From Fastidiosibacter lacustris (lineage in GTDB: Bacteria > Pseudomonadota > Gammaproteobacteria > Francisellales > Francisellaceae): a DNA stretch of 22,140 nt. Under the pieces are notes generated by a model. The model was not told where the DNA came from and made no database searches. It saw only the letters and a list, made by a program, of their open reading frames with translations. The DNA is taken from NCBI RefSeq assembly GCF_003428155.1, contig NZ_QLIR01000026.1, positions 1-22,140 of the forward strand, read 5' to 3'. Made by a program: the position numbers and the translations under genes. This document shows positions 7,922 to 19,407 of the stretch, piece after piece (the stretch's first letter is position 1; each line of letters begins with the position of its first letter).

Positions 7922-9256
7922 TTATTCACCACTAATGTTACATGTGCTAATTAGTAAAGAACCTGTACGAATATGCGAAAATGTATCAATATCTTCCCCC
8001 ATGGCAACAATGTTATGAAATAGATCTGTTAAATTCCCAGCGATGGTAAAATTGTCAATTGGGTATTGGATGATACCATTTTCAATATAATACCCCATCG
8101 CACCTTGTGAATAGTCTCCTGTTGTGAGATTAAAGCCTTGTCCCATTATTTCATGAATGATAATGCCTTTATCCATTTTTTTAATAAGAGCATCAAGTGA
8201 TATGGTTTGGGTACTGTTAACAATTACATTACTAACCCCTCCTGAGTTACCTGTAGTTGTTGAATTTAACTGACGTGCACTATAGCTATTTAATAGATAG
8301 CGTTTAAGTTTGCCATTGACAATAATGGGGTTTTCACCAAAATTGACTCCCTCGTCATCATAAGGTTGATTTCCTAAACCATTTTTAATATTTGGGTTTT
8401 CAATCAAACTCATATTTTGACTTAAAATATCATAATCAAGTTTATTCAGTAAAAAGGTATCTTTGTGATATTGATGTCCCCCTTTTATCGCAGATAACAA
8501 TGTTTTCCAGAATATACGTGCAATGGCAGGGGAGAGCAAAATAGGTAAACGTTGACTCTTAATTTTCTTTGGATTTCGTCTATTTAAAGTGCGTTCAATT
8601 GCAAGGTTTGCGATTTCTTGAATAGTTGGTAAAGCAAAGAAGTCATAAGCACTAAAATACGCATTATCACGTTGCATGCCATGCTTGTCTTTAGCAATAA
8701 GTCCAATACCGATACTATGACGTGTTTCAGGATAAACGTGTATAAAGCCATAGCTATTAGCAAAACCATGTATGATTTCAAAACTGTTGATATCCACGCC
8801 TTCAGAATGGAAAATGCTTTTTTGACTAACTGCTAGTTGCTCACATGTTTTGGCATGTTCAATGGTTTTTTCAATGCTAAAGTCCACAATGGGACAGTAT
8901 AGTTCAGGCATCTTTTGTGGTTCACATAAAAAAGCTTTATCAACGATGCCAGCAAAGGGGTCAACTTCTGTATATTGAGCAATCGCCGTGGCACTATCAA
9001 TAATTGATTGAATGCTTTTATCACTTAGATCAGAAGTTTCAGCATAGCCTGTTTTGCCTTGATGATAAACGGTTACACTAAGTTGTTGAGTAACATTAAA
9101 TTCAAGTGTTTGAGTTTGTAAATCACGTACAGCGATGACGTGCCCTTGGTTATAACTACAGCTTATTTCAAAGGCATCAATATTTTTGTGTTGTAAACGC
9201 TCATAAGTACTGGTAAGTACCGTTTTGATGTAAGATAGTTTGTCTAAGATTAACAT
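7922..9256 (-). CDS. pmbA: Metalloprotease PmbA/TldE (TldD/PmbA family)
   Basis: 444 aa: 'GKTGYAETSDLSDKSI', 'YDDEGVNFGENPIIVNGKLKRYLLNSYSARQLNSTTTGNSGG', 'DYSQGAMGYYIENGIIQYPIDNFTIAGNL'. PmbA-like rather than TldD-like. Confidence 0.88.
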   Translation of the reverse strand: MLILDKLSYIKTVLTSTYERLQHKNIDAFEISCSYNQGHVIAVRDLQTQTLEFNVTQQLSVTVYHQGKTGYAETSDLSDKSIQSIIDSATAIAQYTEVDPFAGIVDKAFLCEPQKMPELYCPIVDFSIEKTIEHAKTCEQLAVSQKSIFHSEGVDINSFEIIHGFANSYGFIHVYPETRHSIGIGLIAKDKHGMQRDNAYFSAYDFFALPTIQEIANLAIERTLNRRNPKKIKSQRLPILLSPAIARIFWKTLLSAIKGGHQYHKDTFLLNKLDYDILSQNMSLIENPNIKNGLGNQPYDDEGVNFGENPIIVNGKLKRYLLNSYSARQLNSTTTGNSGGVSNVIVNSTQTISLDALIKKMDKGIIIHEIMGQGFNLTTGDYSQGAMGYYIENGIIQYPIDNFTIAGNLTDLFHNIVAMGEDIDTFSHIRTGSLLISTCNISGE

Positions 9257-9330
9257 GGCTGGCTATTTATAATCTCTTTTATTAAGTAAGGATGAATGAC
9301 AATCATTATCTAGAATCAACCTAAAGATAG

Positions 9331-10824
<1,494 letters not shown>

Positions 10825-10856
10825 CACTTTGTAATATAAATTAAAAAGGATAAAAA

Positions 10857-11858
10857 ATGATTTTAATTACGGGTGGTACAGGCTTTATTGGCTCACATAC
10901 TGTAGTCGAGTTTATTACGATAGGGCTTGATGTTATCATTATCGATAACCTATACAATAGCTCACAAGTTATAATAGATCGCATTTATGAGATAACAGGC
11001 ACAAAGCCAATTTTTGTCAAAGGAGATATCCGTGATAAGGCATTTTTAATAAGTATTTTTGAGCAATATCCAATTGAAATGGTCATTCATTTTGCAGCCT
11101 TAAAAGCAGTGGGTGAAAGTGTTTTGAAACCCTTGGAATATTATGATAACAATGTTTCTGGTACGCTAAACTTACTCAATGTCATGTACGATAGAGGTAT
11201 TAAGAAATTTGTATTTAGCTCTTCTGCTACGGTTTATGGTAATCCTCATGAGATTCCAATAACAGAAAATTGCCCGATTGGTACACCAATAAACCCTTAT
11301 GGACAGTCTAAAGTCATAATCGAGAAAATCTTGCAAGATTTATCATTTGCAGATAAAGAATGGTCCATTGCAATCTTACGTTATTTTAACCCAATCGGGG
11401 CACATGAAAGTGGATTGATTGGAGAGTTACCAAATGGTATTCCTAATAATTTATTGCCTTATATTACCAAAGTAGCCAGTGGTAAATTGCCAAAATTATC
11501 GGTATTTGGAAATGATTACAATACAAAAGATGGTACAGGTGTACGTGATTATATTCATGTTGTGGATTTAGCTAATGGTCATTTAAAAGCTTATGATTAT
11601 ATTAAGGATAAAAACGGTTGTTACGTTTGGAATTTAGGTACAGGTAAAGGCTATTCAGTGCTTGAAATTATTAAAGCATTTGAGACAGCATCAAAGCAAA
11701 AAGTCCCATTTCAAATTAAATCCAAACGAGCAGGTGATATTGATGAATGTTGGGCAGACTGCGCTAAAGCGCAAAAGGAGCTTAACTGGCAGGCAAAAAG
11801 AGATATTTATACAATGATGGTTGATAGTTGGCGTTGGCAGTGTAACCAAAGTAAATAA
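10857..11858 (+). CDS. galE: UDP-glucose 4-epimerase
   Basis: 333 aa: 'MILITGGTGFIGSHTVVEF', 'FSSSATVYGNP', 'PYGQSKVIIEKIL', 'LRYFNPIGAHESGLIGE'. Confidence 0.95.
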   Translation: MILITGGTGFIGSHTVVEFITIGLDVIIIDNLYNSSQVIIDRIYEITGTKPIFVKGDIRDKAFLISIFEQYPIEMVIHFAALKAVGESVLKPLEYYDNNVSGTLNLLNVMYDRGIKKFVFSSSATVYGNPHEIPITENCPIGTPINPYGQSKVIIEKILQDLSFADKEWSIAILRYFNPIGAHESGLIGELPNGIPNNLLPYITKVASGKLPKLSVFGNDYNTKDGTGVRDYIHVVDLANGHLKAYDYIKDKNGCYVWNLGTGKGYSVLEIIKAFETASKQKVPFQIKSKRAGDIDECWADCAKAQKELNWQAKRDIYTMMVDSWRWQCNQSK

Positions 11859-12077
11859 ATGGTTAGTTGACAAACGTGATATTATTTAGGAAAGTTGTTC
11901 AACAAATAGAGATAAGTAAGGATACCCCTATTATCAAGCTTGCATTGGAGGCGATGTTTGAAACTCATGAATCATTTACCTGCTGGCAGATATGCCATCA
12001 TTTGAAATAATTAAGGTAAGTCATATGTTTTTAGCTGTGCCTAAAGTGATCACTTGCTATCAGATGACCAAGAGGTA

Positions 12078-14654
12078 TTACTGTTGTAATTCTTTAGAAA
12101 TAAAACCTTGTGAGTTGACATCAACAGCAGCAGAATATTCGATAAATAGAGCTTTGCGTGTATTTTTACGTGGACGAGCTTTTTTATCTTGCACCTTTGG
12201 TTTTTTAATTTTCTGTTCTTCTGAGTTATCTGATTCTTTCATGTTATTATCAGCATCCGAGCTTTGAATTGTTGCTTCATCAACAATAACATCAAATACC
12301 TCATCATCTGTACCTTCATTATCATGTTCAACTACAATAACGTCATCTTCTGATGGTACTTGACCTTTTAAAACTTCTTCTTTAGCTAATTCAGTAATGT
12401 TAATGACTTCAAAGGTTAGATATTTCGTTTTGTTTGTATGGGCAGAGTGCGTTTCAATTTGAGTAGCTTTACCACTACTTAAAGTATTAGCTTCAGTTAA
12501 TACTTTCCTCACCATCAGTGAAATTTTTTCTTCAGGAGTGGTTGAAATGGTCTTCATCATGGCTTTCTCTTTAGCAGCCTTAATTGCTTCTGGAGACTCT
12601 TTTTTCAAGATGGAAATATTAATCACTTCTTCACTTTGATGAACTTGTAAACGTTGATTTGGTCTATTATTACGTCCGTTTAGTTTGTTGGCATTGCGAT
12701 CGCGCTCATTACTTTGTTGGCTATTTTGCTCACGTTTTTGCTTTATTGCAACGTTATCACTTTTATCGCTTTGCTGTTGACGATTTTGCTTATTGCCCCG
12801 ATCATTATTATCACGAATATTTCGATCGTTGCGTTGTTCATTACATTGATCTTTATTGGAGTTTTCTTTGTTAATATGCTTATGATTAGATTTTTCTTTT
12901 TCGTTTTGTTTTTCGGAGAAGAAAAAGGACATTAATTTTACCAAAAGATTTTTTTGAACTTGATTTTTTTGATTTTTCTCATGCTTATCGATTTGTTTTT
13001 GAGGCACTTGTCGGTTTAGTTTTTGATTGCTCTTGTTGTTTGCCTTATCAAGTTCATCTGAGTTTAGAGTTTGATTAACTGATTTTAATGCAGGTTGTTT
13101 CGATTTGTCGTGCTTAGGTGTCTTGTATAATTGGACATTTTGCTCTTCCTCAATCAAATTATAGCTTGGGCGATTAGTCGTGTAAGCCTCTCCCCATATT
13201 CGTTGAATGTTATAATGCGGTGATTGTAAGTTTGCATTTGGAATCAAGAGTACCTTAGTGTTAGTGCCTTCCTCAATTTGTGATAATTCATCGCGTTTTT
13301 CGTTCAATAAAAAGGTAGCAACATCGATTGGCAATTGAACACGTAGTTCATTTGTTTTCTCGCGCAATGCTTCAGCGTGAACGTTACGTAAAATGGATAG
13401 TGCAAGTGATGGGATGGAGCGAATAAAGCCATGACCCTCACAACGAGGACAAGCGTGCATCACAGATTCACCTAGAGATGCTTGCAAGCGCTGGCGAGAA
13501 ATTTCAACTAAGCCAAACTTAGAAATACGCGTCATTTGAATCTTAGCACGATCACTGTATAATGCATCGACCAGCTTTTGCTCAACGGCTTTTTGGTTAG
13601 GGAAGAATGCCATATCGATAAAGTCAACGACGATTAGACCTCCAAGATCACGTAAGCGCAATTGTCTAGCAATTTCTTCAGCTGCTTCAAGATTAGTAGC
13701 CAACGCAGTTTCTTCAATATTGTCGCCCTTTGTGGCACGTGCAGAGTTAATATCGATAGCGGTTAAAGCTTCGGTTGTGTCAATGACAATCGATCCACCA
13801 GAAGGCAAGTGTACTTCACGCTTAAAAGCGCTTTCGATCTGCTTTTCGATTTGAAAAGCATTAAAAAGAGAAAGCTCTTTTTTGTATAGCTGTAAACGTG
13901 AGATAAAGTGAGGACGCAGCATAGATAGCTGGCGTTTTAAATCCTCAAAAGCTTCTTCATCATCAATAATAATCTCATTAATATCTTCTTTTAAGTGATC
14001 ACGAATGGCACGAATGGTAATGTCGCTTTCTTTGTGAATCAAAAAAGGTGCTTTACGCTGGTAAGAAACGCGTTTTATCGCGTCCCATAGGTTAATTAAT
14101 GTATCAAGGTCGGCTTGAATCTCTTCTGCTGAGCGATCTACCCCAGCGGTACGAATAATAACTCCCATATTGTTTGGAATGGTAAGAGAATCAAATAAAG
14201 TCTTAAGTTTTTGACGTTCATCACCTTCGATACGGCGTGAGATTCCGCCAGCACTTGGGTTATTTGGCATAAGCACCATATAGCAACCTGCAAGCGTAAT
14301 AAAGGTGCTAAGAGCAGCGCCTTTTGTGCCACGCTCTTCTTTAGCGATTTGCACGATAAGCTCTTGACCAACATCAAGTAATTCGTTTAATGGTGTATTA
14401 GGATCTTTGGTTGTTTTCTTGAAATACTCAGGTGATATTTCTTTATAGGGCAAAAAGCCGTTTTTATCTTCACCATAGTTTACAAATACGGCATTTAAGC
14501 TAGGCTCAATGCGTGAAATTTTTGCTTTGTAAATGTTAGCTTTCTTTTGTTCTCTGTCAACGCTTTCAATATCTAAATCTAACAACTGATTGTTGTCGAC
14601 AATAGCAATACGCGTTTCTTCTGCTTGGCGCGCATTGATCAGCATTTTTTTCAT
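12078..14654 (-). CDS. rne: Ribonuclease E
   Basis: 'MKKMLINARQAEETRIAIVDNNQLLDLDIE', S1-type segment, 'LVVVDFIDM'-like 'GGLIVVDFIDMAFFPNQKAVE', Zn-link 'CPRCEGHG'. Proposed start ATG at 14654, not 14744 in the ORF track. Confidence 0.95.
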   Translation of the reverse strand: MKKMLINARQAEETRIAIVDNNQLLDLDIESVDREQKKANIYKAKISRIEPSLNAVFVNYGEDKNGFLPYKEISPEYFKKTTKDPNTPLNELLDVGQELIVQIAKEERGTKGAALSTFITLAGCYMVLMPNNPSAGGISRRIEGDERQKLKTLFDSLTIPNNMGVIIRTAGVDRSAEEIQADLDTLINLWDAIKRVSYQRKAPFLIHKESDITIRAIRDHLKEDINEIIIDDEEAFEDLKRQLSMLRPHFISRLQLYKKELSLFNAFQIEKQIESAFKREVHLPSGGSIVIDTTEALTAIDINSARATKGDNIEETALATNLEAAEEIARQLRLRDLGGLIVVDFIDMAFFPNQKAVEQKLVDALYSDRAKIQMTRISKFGLVEISRQRLQASLGESVMHACPRCEGHGFIRSIPSLALSILRNVHAEALREKTNELRVQLPIDVATFLLNEKRDELSQIEEGTNTKVLLIPNANLQSPHYNIQRIWGEAYTTNRPSYNLIEEEQNVQLYKTPKHDKSKQPALKSVNQTLNSDELDKANNKSNQKLNRQVPQKQIDKHEKNQKNQVQKNLLVKLMSFFFSEKQNEKEKSNHKHINKENSNKDQCNEQRNDRNIRDNNDRGNKQNRQQQSDKSDNVAIKQKREQNSQQSNERDRNANKLNGRNNRPNQRLQVHQSEEVINISILKKESPEAIKAAKEKAMMKTISTTPEEKISLMVRKVLTEANTLSSGKATQIETHSAHTNKTKYLTFEVINITELAKEEVLKGQVPSEDDVIVVEHDNEGTDDEVFDVIVDEATIQSSDADNNMKESDNSEEQKIKKPKVQDKKARPRKNTRKALFIEYSAAVDVNSQGFISKELQQ

Positions 14655-15561
14655 AAATTGGTATCCTTTTAAATAATTGATGTTTAAAAGGCATAATGGC
14701 GAGAGATAAGTAGTAAAAAGACGATGTTTGATTGGATAGAGCATATGCTTGTGTTTGGTTAGTTAAAACCTGTATTAAGCAAACTAATATTGTTATCATT
14801 GTTATAAAAATCGTCATCATTGTGTTTTTTGTTACATCAGTTGGTTATGTAAGCTTGCACAAAAAGCTACTTATTTTCTTATTATCATGCCTTTTGTGTG
14901 ATTTAACGTTTAATTTTTTAACTCAGGCTTGTAATGGCTTAAGGTAAGCTTTAAGAGCATTGTTTTTACTCTTTATTAAAATCATCTAAATCAGCATGGG
15001 TACTGCGCTTATTGCAAAGTCGATCAATAGATTTGCAACAAGACACCTCATCATTTGCTCTATTATACATTAAATAACTGTTACTTTAACCAGTTACTCA
15101 TGTTTATTTATGGCAAACAAAATGTGGATCTTGGAGAATTCTCTGCTGGTTGGGGTTGTTTCCTATTTAGTGCTTGTTTGTGCACAGATTGTCCCCATAG
15201 AGTACTACAGCCAAAGTCCATACTAAAATTCGTTTTCATTTTTGGTTGGCAAAGTCAAGTTTGCTTAGCAAAAACAGTTATATTCTAGCAAAACTTACCT
15301 ATGAATAAAAGTGCAATTGTCAAGTGCTTATAATATTTTTCAAGCATTCTATGAAAATTACAACAAAGTTTAGAGAAGTTAGAAACAAGGATGAAGATGA
15401 GTTAGTTAGGACTATAGACTATAGCAAGTTGTTGGCAAGGACTTTAATCTGCAAAAAATAAATTAAGGTAGAATCAAAAAGTAAAGAATGCAAAACGTAA
15501 TAAAACTTTTGATGGAGTGTGTGGTATTATCAACAGGGTTAAATAAATAGATGGTTAGAGT

Positions 15562-16467
15562 ATGGTGAGATTATATGCAGGAATAGAAGCAGGAGGTACA
15601 AAATTTGTTTGTGGTATTTGTGATGACCGAGGTGAAGTCATTGAAAAAGCACAGTTTCATACTGAAGCACCTAAAGAAACACTAGCAAACGTCATTCGTT
15701 TTTTTAAACCATTTGAATTTACAGCAATGGGTGTTGGTTCATTTGGTCCTGTGTGTGTTGATAAAGCACATCCAAAATATGGTATGATTTTGAATACGCC
15801 TAAACTTAATTGGCGTAACTTTAATTTATACCAAGCTTTATCATCAGCTTTCCCAAGTTGTGCAATTAAGCTTGATACCGATGTGAATGTAGCAGCGTTA
15901 GGTGAACAGCGTTTTGGTGCAGCAAGAGGTTTAACGGATTTTGTTTATCTAACGATAGGAACAGGGATTGGCGGTGGTGTCCTTATTGATGGAAAAATGC
16001 TACATGGTTTAACCCATCCTGAGATGGGGCACGTATTAGTGAGAAAAAGTAATAAAGACTTGGAAGAATTTAATGGAATTTGTCCAAGTCACAAAAATTG
16101 TTTAGAGGGTATGGCATCAGGACCTGCATTAAACATGCGCTGGCAAGTGGCAAGTTGTAGTGTACTACCAAAAGATCATATCGCTTGGGAGATAGAATCC
16201 GATTATTTAGCACAAGCTTTAATGAATTATGTTTTAGTCTTATCTCCACAGAAAATTATTTTAGGAGGTGGAGTGATGAAGCAGATACAGTTGTTTCCTT
16301 TGATTAGGCAAAAGTTAAAAACGTTGTTAAATGGGTATGTTCAACATCAGAATTTAGAAGAATATTTAGATGACTTTATTGTGCCATCAGAGCTAGATGG
16401 TGATGCAGGGCTAAAGGGTGCATGTGCGTTAGCAATAGATATCCAAGACTCATTAGCTAATAGTTGA
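15562..16467 (+). CDS. mak: ROK-family sugar kinase, probably fructokinase
   Basis: 301 aa: 'YAGIEAGGTKFVCGI', 'GVGSFGPVCVD', 'LTIGTGIGGGVLIDG', 'HPEMGHVLVRK...GICPSHKNCLEGMASGPAL'. Confidence 0.88.
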   Translation: MVRLYAGIEAGGTKFVCGICDDRGEVIEKAQFHTEAPKETLANVIRFFKPFEFTAMGVGSFGPVCVDKAHPKYGMILNTPKLNWRNFNLYQALSSAFPSCAIKLDTDVNVAALGEQRFGAARGLTDFVYLTIGTGIGGGVLIDGKMLHGLTHPEMGHVLVRKSNKDLEEFNGICPSHKNCLEGMASGPALNMRWQVASCSVLPKDHIAWEIESDYLAQALMNYVLVLSPQKIILGGGVMKQIQLFPLIRQKLKTLLNGYVQHQNLEEYLDDFIVPSELDGDAGLKGACALAIDIQDSLANS

Positions 16468-16495
16468 ATAAAATACAGACTTAAAGGATGAAAAA

Positions 16496-16720
16496 ATGCA
16501 TTTAATTGGATATTTGCTATTAATTATTATATTTTTGATTGTTTGTGCATTAGCAGTATTAAATGCTCAACAAGTAACATTTAACTATTTATTAGGATCA
16601 TTAAATTTACCATTGATATTGTTATTATTGATAGTTTTTGTATCAGGTTTAATAATTGGCATGTTGTTGATACTTCTGTCACGAATAAAGTGCAAAGTTA
16701 ACAAGGCGCAATCTGTATGA
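16496..16720 (+). CDS. LapA-like (DUF1049) inner membrane protein
   Basis: 74 aa with two TM segments: '[41 protein letters not shown]' matches the LapA domain pattern. Confidence 0.8.
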   Translation: MHLIGYLLLIIIFLIVCALAVLNAQQVTFNYLLGSLNLPLILLLLIVFVSGLIIGMLLILLSRIKCKVNKAQSV

Positions 16721-17748
16721 TTGTATTAGGAATAGAAACTTCATGTGATGAAACAGGTATTGCAATTTATGATGGTGAAAAACATAAGCTTTTAGCTAAT
16801 GTACTTTATAGTCAAATTGATTTACATGCGCAGTATGGCGGTGTTGTGCCTGAGCTTGCCTCTAGAGATCATGTGGCAAAGCTTATGCCATTGACAAAAC
16901 AAGCATTAAAAGAAGCAGAACTATCGTTGAAAGATATTGAAGCTGTGGCCTATACAGCAATGCCAGGCTTGGTAGGTGCACTTATGGTTGGCGCAGCATT
17001 TGCTAAAACCTTAAGTTTTATGTGTAACATCCCCGCTATAGCCATTCATCATTTAGAAGGACATTTACTGGCCCCATTACTAAGTGATAACCAAAAGCCA
17101 GTGTATCCCTATATTGCTTTATTGGTGTCAGGGGGGCATACTCAGCTGATCAAGGTTAATGATTTTGGTTGCTATCAGTTATTGGGAGAGTCTGTAGATG
17201 ATGCAGCAGGTGAAGCTTTTGATAAAACAGCAAAGCTATTGGGTTTGCCCTATCCAGGTGGACCACATCTTGCAAAATTAGCCGAACGAGGGCGGAAGGA
17301 AGTGTTTTATTTTCCTCGTCCCATGTGTGATCGCTCAGGACTTGATTTTAGCTTTAGTGGTTTAAAGACCGCTGTTTTAAATACTTGGCAAGGACAAATA
17401 GAACAGAATGATATTATTAAAGCTGACATTGCATGTGCGTTTCAAGAAGCCATAATTGAAACGATTGCTATAAAATGTAAACGTGCACTAAAACAAACAA
17501 ATGTTAAACATTTAGTGGTCTCGGGTGGTGTGAGTGCAAATAAGCAATTGCGTATCATGTTAAAAGAAATCGCAAATAAGCATGATTGGCAAGTATTTTA
17601 TCCACCTCTTCAGTATTGTACTGATAATGGGGCAATGATTGCGATTGCCGGTGCTTATCGTCTTTTGCATGGCTATCGTGATCAGGATATGACAATACAG
17701 GTTAAGCCGAGGGCGTCGTTAAATAGCATCAGTATACGTTATGAGTAA
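16717..17748 (+). CDS. tsaD: tRNA N6-adenosine threonylcarbamoyltransferase TsaD
   Basis: 343 aa: '[19 protein letters not shown]', '[14 protein letters not shown]', '[14 protein letters not shown]'. Overlaps lapA stop by ATGA. Confidence 0.98.
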   Translation: MIVLGIETSCDETGIAIYDGEKHKLLANVLYSQIDLHAQYGGVVPELASRDHVAKLMPLTKQALKEAELSLKDIEAVAYTAMPGLVGALMVGAAFAKTLSFMCNIPAIAIHHLEGHLLAPLLSDNQKPVYPYIALLVSGGHTQLIKVNDFGCYQLLGESVDDAAGEAFDKTAKLLGLPYPGGPHLAKLAERGRKEVFYFPRPMCDRSGLDFSFSGLKTAVLNTWQGQIEQNDIIKADIACAFQEAIIETIAIKCKRALKQTNVKHLVVSGGVSANKQLRIMLKEIANKHDWQVFYPPLQYCTDNGAMIAIAGAYRLLHGYRDQDMTIQVKPRASLNSISIRYE

Positions 17749-18041
17749 CAAGTATTTTCCCCAAGTAAAACGATGCATTGTATGTTGAATGAAGTACTAT
17801 TTTTCTTGATTCTTACAACACGAAAAGTACCTAAATAAGCTGATAAATAGTTTAAAGGAAATATTTGATTAGCAGCTTTGACTTACGTTTAAAAACCATA
17901 TAAAAACTAACTCATGAGACCTGTCTATTCAAATAAAAAATTATTGTGTACAAAGGAGAGGGTAATGTGTTTGAAGCATTTCTTAGGTATACTATGCACA
18001 AAATACTATAGTAAAGTTTAAATTAGCAATTTGAGTATATA

Positions 18042-19406
18042 ATGGCATCATCTTTATATCAAGAACAGGATTACTACAGAGGCGTATATGAAGCGCATCC
18101 TAAAGAACATTTTTCGCCTTTTAGACGTGATTATGCACGTGTGATCCATTCAGCTTCTTTTCGGCGTTTACAAGGTAAAACGCAGATTTTTCCTTGTTCA
18201 GAGAGTGAATTTTTTAGAAATCGCTTAACGCATTCATTGGAAGTGGCTCAAATTGCAAAGTCAATTGCAACAGGACTTAATTCACGTTTTAGCTTAGATA
18301 TTGACACTGATTTAGTTGAAACCGCTGCACTTTGTCATGATATTGGTCATCCGCCTTTTGGTCATAATGGCGAAAAGGCATTGCATGCTAAAATGCTTGA
18401 ATTTGGCGGTTTTGAAGGCAATGCCCAAGCGCTTCGCCTATTAGCAAAGACTGAAAAAAAAATCTTTGAAGGCGAAGGTCCTATTCATTCAGGTAAAGAT
18501 AACCGTTTTGGTTTGAATTTAACATACAGAACGCTAGCTGCAATCTTAAAATATGACAAAGAAATTCCAAGTTATATCATTAGTTCAAGTGGCTATCCGA
18601 TAAAGGGTTATTATTTAAGTGAAAAAATGTTGGTTGAAAAAATTAAGCAGCATGTATTAGCGGGTTATTCAGAAGGTGTCTTAGTAGGTAAAAAATTTAA
18701 AACTATTGAATGTTCGATAATGGATTTGGCCGATGATATTGCTTATTCTACTTACGACATTGAGGATGCGTTTAAAGGAGGTTTCCTTGATCCGCTTTCG
18801 ATGTTAAATACCGAGCACAAGTTGCTTAAAAAAGTTCAACAGCAAGCAGAGTTAGATGGCATTATTGTGAGTATTTCGGACATTCAATCTGTATTGAGAT
18901 CCATTTTTGAAGGCATCATAGATTTTGATGCTAAATTTACTGACATTTATCAGCAAGCAAAGAAACTAGCAAATTCAAGTTATTTGCGCACAAAATTTAC
19001 TTCAAATTTAGTACATTATTGTATTTCAAACGTTGAACTTGATTGTGACAAAAACTGTCCTGTGCTATCCAGTGTACACCTTAGTCCTAAAGTACGTAAG
19101 CAAGTTGAAATATTAAAGTTATTTGTTTACTTTACGGTAATCAGTGCGCCAAAAATGAACGTTGTGCGCTATCAAGGACGCGAGATTATTTCAACTCTGT
19201 TTGATATTTTAATTGCTTCACAATTTGAGACTTCTTTGTTACCAGAAGATGTAGGTGAAATTTTTTATGCCTATCATTTAGATGATCAAGCTAATCGCGC
19301 ACGTACAATTAGCGATTTTATTGCCAGTATGACAGATCGCTATGCAATAGAGTTATATAGCCGATTTACATCGAGCTCGGCACAAAGCATATTTAAACCT
19401 GTTTAA
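18042..19406 (+). CDS. dgt: dGTP triphosphohydrolase-like HD-domain protein
   Basis: 454 aa: 'SASFRRLQGKTQIFPCSESEFFRNRLTHSLEVAQIAKSIA', 'AALCHDIGHPPFGHNGE', 'MDLADDIAYSTYDIEDAFKGG'. Confidence 0.93.
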   Translation: MASSLYQEQDYYRGVYEAHPKEHFSPFRRDYARVIHSASFRRLQGKTQIFPCSESEFFRNRLTHSLEVAQIAKSIATGLNSRFSLDIDTDLVETAALCHDIGHPPFGHNGEKALHAKMLEFGGFEGNAQALRLLAKTEKKIFEGEGPIHSGKDNRFGLNLTYRTLAAILKYDKEIPSYIISSSGYPIKGYYLSEKMLVEKIKQHVLAGYSEGVLVGKKFKTIECSIMDLADDIAYSTYDIEDAFKGGFLDPLSMLNTEHKLLKKVQQQAELDGIIVSISDIQSVLRSIFEGIIDFDAKFTDIYQQAKKLANSSYLRTKFTSNLVHYCISNVELDCDKNCPVLSSVHLSPKVRKQVEILKLFVYFTVISAPKMNVVRYQGREIISTLFDILIASQFETSLLPEDVGEIFYAYHLDDQANRARTISDFIASMTDRYAIELYSRFTSSSAQSIFKPV

Positions 19407-19407
19407 A

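Noticed and set aside
11992-12267. 91-aa plus-strand ORF after galE
   Set aside because: Mostly antisense to the 3' end of rne; the upstream part shows only scattered peptide fragments such as 'KDTPIIKLALEAMFETHESFTCWQICHHLK', too short to assign.
15055-15288. 77-aa ORF in the rne-mak intergenic region
   Set aside because: Odd composition, no ribosome-binding site and no family resemblance; most likely a chance ORF.
16717-16720. 4-bp ATGA overlap of lapA-like gene and tsaD
   Set aside because: Common translational-coupling arrangement; not unusual in itself.
18042-19406. dgt considered as a possible anti-phage dNTPase defence gene
   Set aside because: It sits among housekeeping genes and adjoins recF, with no defence partners; a housekeeping dNTPase is the simpler reading, though substrate is untested.
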